Shown here piece by piece: positions 61,101 to 64,000 of a stretch of DNA of 64,000 nucleotides. The notes beneath the pieces are model-generated. The model ran no database searches. It had not been told where the DNA came from and saw only the letters and a program-made list of their open reading frames with translations. Source of the DNA: Octopus vulgaris (taxonomy: Eukaryota). The position numbers and the translations under genes were made by a program. Position 1 is the stretch's first letter, and each line of letters opens with the position of its first letter. The stretch is taken from contig OX597815.1 in assembly GCA_951406725.2 (NCBI GenBank), forward strand, positions 27,838,001 through 27,902,000, given 5' to 3'.

Positions 61101-62583
61101 CCAAATTTTAGCAGGCCGGATTTTTGATCATCACGATACATCACCAGCGACTCCCTGAAACTCCTGAAATCCCTGTTGAGAAATATAATAATAATTTGAA
61201 TGTGGCTCTGAGAAACAGTAAAAGTAATTACCTGATCAAGTACGAGTGTTACTGCTAGTAAACTATAAAAATGAGTGTCACTTAATTTGAGAATATTTCT
61301 GAAAAAAACATTTTTTATTCTGTATTATACATGGAATATGTTCAGCCATTACCATTGTTTCTAATATCCACTTTTTAATGCTTGCACAAAACATATTTTC
61401 TACAGCTTGATGCCCTTTCTGTCAATATTATATAAATATACCTCCTGTTATATTTATTTTTGTGATGATAATATTTTGTGTTGGATGTCATGTGAGAAAC
61501 ATTTTCATGCATACATAATTATTGCTAATTCTTTTATTGTTTTAGATCTTATTTACAATGTATAGCAACAATGGACTGTGAATATGCTCTCTGCTGCCTT
61601 TTCCTCCCAGGAGACCGTTTATGTGTTGTTGGAACAAAGGTAAAAATGTCTATTGTTTAATTCTATTAGATTTCAATTTGATTTGTCCTTTTATATCCTT
61701 TGTTCACTTTTACCTTTTTATCCTTCTGCAGCCAAAAATACCAATCATAAAAAGAGTAATTTAAATATGTGGCTTTGTATTATAAATTTACTACAAATGA
61801 ATGATGCCCTGCCTCTGACTAAGCTATGTAAAAAGAATGGTTGAGTGATTAAGAGCCAGCTCTTTTGGCTTCTTTCATGAATAGTATATTTAATAGACAT
61901 ACATACACACTCACTCGCTTTTACATCCATAAAAAAACAGAACTAATTTTAAAATACATGGTGATTCTCTATTGAAAAGAAAGATGCTAGGACAGGCTTG
62001 TCTCTCTTATCTGCCCTTTTTGATCATTTATCTGTCACTGTTACACCGGTTGCTTGACCTGCTAGAAATAACAGCCAAATATCCACAATTTACCATCTTA
62101 ATACCATGGATATATATTCCTTTATTCCTTTACTTGTTTCATTGTTTCAGTCATTTGACTGTGGCCATGCTGGAGCACTGCCTTAATGGTTTTAGTCGAA
62201 GAAATTGACCCCAGGACTTATTCTTTGTAAGACTAGTACTTATTCTATTGGTCTCTTTTGTTGAACTAATTTATAAGATGGGCGCATGGGATAATGTTAT
62301 CTTAGATACTCCCTAAAAAGGCTGGATGGTCATAGTTAGAATGCCTTTGGTCATAATTCTGCCCAATCAGAGACAATCTAGGGTCGAACAACAGCATCTG
62401 TTTTATTTGCTTGATCTGATTGTGTGTGTGTTTTGTTTTGTTTATTTGTACAACTTCATATTTTACTTCCTTCATTTCTAGTCAGGAACACTGCAGCTAT
62501 TTGAAATTGCAACAGCTTCATTACTAAACACCTTTGATGCCCATAGCGGACCAGTTTGGAGTATAAGCTTATCTCCAGACAAG
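40860..62583 (+). CDS. WDR3: WD repeat protein 3 (Utp12/Dip2, SSU processome), 3'-partial spliced CDS with 12 exons in the window
   Basis: N-terminus MGLTKQYLRY..GRYVAVAACEDVIIWDLR. WD motifs GHRSAVT, LKGHKGSIT, SKDSLIKLWDLDTQHCF, GHHTEIRALSFSSDN. All phases are consistent. Confidence 0.95.
41721..41930 (+). CDS. WDR3: WDR3 exon
   Basis: tttcag|GTT..AAT|gtgagt; VSVLKGEK..LVSGGN. Confidence 0.92.
42176..42392 (-). mobile_element. SINE family B
   Basis: Full-length, aagtaacct TSD. Confidence 0.83.
42952..43650 (-). mobile_element. Family C retroposon with an expanded ~61-bp tandem array
   Basis: (ATC)n head on + strand, about 7 units at 43130-43575. Confidence 0.85.
44196..44314 (+). CDS. 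WDR3: WDR3 exon
   Basis: DTDVILWDLLQGTGMYRLKGHKGSITQAVFLSEDNVLIT(S); ag/gt. Confidence 0.92.
45001..45079 (+). CDS. WDR3: WDR3 exon
   Basis: SKDSLIKLWDLDTQHCFDTIIEHRSE; ag/gtaaga. Confidence 0.92.
45332..45559. mobile_element. piggyBac-type MITE, family P1
   Basis: TTAA TSD, CCCTTTAG TIR. Confidence 0.85.
45872..46103 (+). mobile_element. SINE family B, inserted in an older antisense B copy (45785-46242)
   Basis: TSD-like ggtatttattttatc on both sides. Confidence 0.8.
47372..47650 (-). mobile_element. Family C retroposon
   Basis: (ATC)n plus shared tail. Confidence 0.8.
47755..47844 (+). CDS. WDR3: WDR3 exon
   Basis: VTDILVTENKELITGCADNELRFWGLQSNS; gcag/gtaaat. Confidence 0.88.
47911..48138. 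mobile_element. piggyBac-type MITE, family P1 (opposite orientation)
   Basis: TTAA TSD, TIRs. Confidence 0.85.
48684..49071 (+). mobile_element. Non-autonomous Helitron
   Basis: a|TCTTTATATATAAAAGAG..cccgaataacgtcgggcgatactgCTAG|t. Confidence 0.87.
49177..49278 (+). CDS. WDR3: WDR3 exon (acidic loop, NLS-like PLKKAR)
   Basis: DKQDDSEAPLKKARIEEVKTDQTDSTESQQEEEF; ctag/gtaaat. Confidence 0.8.
49428..49652 (-). mobile_element. Short non-LTR retroelement 3' end with (CAA)n tail, inserted in a family B SINE
   Basis: TSD tgctgaggctg at 49417-49427 and 49653-49663; (GTT)n on + strand. Confidence 0.7.
50440..51530. repeat. 78-bp tandem repeat, about 14 copies, derived from the SINE family B core
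   Basis: Unit aaattcttcgagggccagctttgctgctcattcttttgggattgataaaataaagtgccagtcaaatattggggtttt. Confidence 0.95.
51743..52270 (-). mobile_element. Family C retroposon with 32-bp TSD
   Basis: Direct repeats at 51711-51742 and 52271-52302. Confidence 0.85.
52949..53053 (+). CDS. WDR3: WDR3 exon
   Basis: IYQIKRVKIGSLMRQTKERLVAMKTNPSNRVLVCL; ttcag/gtaagg. Confidence 0.87.
54296..56168 (-). mobile_element. 1.9-kb non-autonomous Helitron (inner)
   Basis: Same 3' end as the 23578 element (ctagcagtatcgcccggcgttgctcggg); 5' TCTCTTATTATAAAAGG. Confidence 0.78.
54940..55166. mobile_element. piggyBac-type MITE, family P1, inside a Helitron
   Basis: TTAA TSD, TIRs. Confidence 0.85.
56738..56965. mobile_element. 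piggyBac-type MITE, family P1 (opposite orientation)
   Basis: TTAA TSD, diverged TIRs. Confidence 0.8.
57125..57641. mobile_element. Non-autonomous piggyBac element
   Basis: TTAA-CCCTTTCGTTAC..GTAACGAAAGGG-TTAA perfect TIR, subterminal aaaccgccc repeats, acidic coding-like remnant. Confidence 0.85.
57920..58344 (-). mobile_element. SINE family A. Diverged relatives at about 16500-16856, 29110-29420, 46523-46980, 49771-49925, 53150-53522.
   Basis: Full-length copy. Confidence 0.85.
58404..58495 (+). CDS. WDR3: WDR3 exon
   Basis: NNDSSLEIYLMATNEELKKLEKRRLKKRKK; ctag/gtaagt. Confidence 0.87.
58830..58944 (+). CDS. WDR3: WDR3 exon
   Basis: EETEPLIALKDIFKKISSFKITQKGHSFDCFLEKNILK; ttcag/gtataa. 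Confidence 0.85.
59290..59519. mobile_element. piggyBac-type MITE, family P2
   Basis: TTAA TSD, TIRs; matches the 12426 copy. Confidence 0.8.
59911..60101 (+). CDS. WDR3: WDR3 exon
   Basis: IVCLSSNNTL..QGHHTEIRALSFSSDNTAILSASADSVKVWD(R). Confidence 0.92.
60623..61258 (+). mobile_element. Non-autonomous Helitron
   Basis: a|TCTATATATATAAAAC..tactgCTAG|t. Confidence 0.72.
61546..61639 (+). CDS. WDR3: WDR3 exon
   Basis: SYLQCIATMDCEYALCCLFLPGDRLCVVGTK. Confidence 0.92.
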
Positions 62584-62875
62584 GTAATGTTGGTATTATT
62601 TTATCATTTTAAAAAAAAATCCACTCCTATACTTACGAGGAAATTTAAAATGATGTGGCCATTGATATTTGATAGACACATATATACACTGTTTCACACA
62701 CAGTTCCATGGATATATATTCCTTTATTCCTTTACTTGTTTCATTGTTTCAGTCATTTGACTGGCCATACTGGAGCATGCCTTAATGGTTTTAGTCGAAG
62801 AAATTGACCCCAGGACTTATTCTTTGTAAGCCTAGTACTTATTCTATCAGTCTCTTTTGTTGAACTAATTTATAA
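62104..62875. repeat. ~170-bp direct repeat (62104-62276, 62706-62875) flanking a WDR3 exon
   Basis: Same SINE fragment with identical breakpoints and non-SINE ends. Confidence 0.88.
62482..62583 (+). CDS. WDR3: WDR3 exon
   Basis: SGTLQLFEIATASLLNTFDAHSGPVWSISLSPDK. Confidence 0.92.
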
Positions 62876-63817
62876 TACATACTCCAGCATCTGTCTCACA
62901 GGTTGCTGTCTCCTCTCTCTCTGCCTCTGCTGTTATTGTAATGGCCTTTACTTCTTAGGGCTGGCTGGCATTATGCCACATCCAGTTGAGCACTCCCATC
63001 TAACTCCTCCCGTCTCTCATGACCATAATTGTGTCTCATCTTCTCTGATCCCACACTAATCACTACACCTACCCCTTCCTTCTCAGAACATTTCTCTGGA
63101 ATTCTTTTCATGCAGTTTTTGATTTGGACACAGGCACTGCTCCTTCCTCTAGAGCCAGCAAGCAAAAAAGAAAACGTGTAGGCATAAGTATAGCTGTGTA
63201 GTTAAGAATTTTGCTTTAGAAACCAGGCATGGTTTTGGGTTCAGTCCTACTGCATGGCACCTTGGGCAAGTGTTTTGTCAGATAGTCCTGGGCTATAGCA
63301 TGCCAGACCAAATGCTTAGCAACATTTGGTCTGGTATGTTAATGATTCTGCCAACTCACTTTAGTTGTCTGAAATATCAATAAAATCAGATTGGGGTTTG
63401 TATGTCATTGACAATTCATCTTCACTGTTTGACTGGCATTAATGAGGTCACCAACTTGTAACACATGACCCTTTGATTGAGGGATGGGTTATGGAAGGTG
63501 TTGGGAGGCAAGAGTGTGGTGGAGGGATAGGAACAAGCCTCTTGCTGTGGAGGAGATACATGCTACCTCAGCTGGAAAAGGAGAGAAGATGGTGGGGATA
63601 AATTGTCAGGATGTGCCCTCAAGGTACAAGAGGGTAAATGCATGGGAGGTAGGTACATAGTTGTGAGAATATGAGGCATGTGACTGATCTTTTGGGTGGG
63701 AGTGTAGGTGATGCAAAATGGCAAACAGGGAAAGAATCATGATCATTGGTGAATATCAGTTTGGGTAGAAGGTGAAGGAAAAAGGAATGGGTCAGCAAGG
63801 AGGAGATGATAAGTGAC

Positions 63818-64000
63818 AATCATCATCATCATCATCATTGTTTAACGTCCGCTTTCCATGCTAGCATGTGTTGGATGATTTTGACTGAGGGCTGGCAAAC
63901 CAGATGGCTGCACCAGGCTCCAATCTTGATCTGGCAGAGTTTCTACAGCTGGATGCCCTTCCTAATGCCAACCACTCCGAGAGTGTAGTGGGTGCTTTTT
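63818..64000 (-). mobile_element. Family C retroposon, runs off the window. Other short copies near 725, 1270, 17740, 25060, 28397, 29540, 32190, 33620, 44790, 60460.
   Basis: (ATC)n plus shared tail. Confidence 0.8.

Overview
AT-rich, intron-rich animal DNA. The repeat set (tRNA-SINEs, RTE 3' ends with (GAT)n tails, piggyBac/hAT MITEs, Helitrons) points to an octopus/coleoid cephalopod genome. Four protein-coding genes were built by hand from splice sites and reading frame. (1) EXOSC1/Csl4, + strand, 7 exons at 1800-10992; the first coding exon was not found and is probably upstream. It has a U12-type intron that seems to need a non-canonical GT-AT boundary. (2) A convergent - strand gene at 11472-19762 that looks like UIMC1/RAP80 (Abraxas-interacting region plus two C-terminal UBZ-like zinc fingers); no UIM exon was found. 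(3) An intronless mitochondrial CLPB/Skd3 (ankyrin plus AAA+), - strand, 35800-37650. (4) WDR3/Utp12, + strand, 12 coding exons at 40860-62583, continuing past the window, head-to-head with CLPB. Introns and the 20-35 kb gap hold nested transposons, several long fold-back hairpins in (TA)n, a 78-bp SINE-derived satellite, and two local templated duplications. Most short ORFs in the supplied track are spurious. Homology calls rest on recalled sequences, not database searches.
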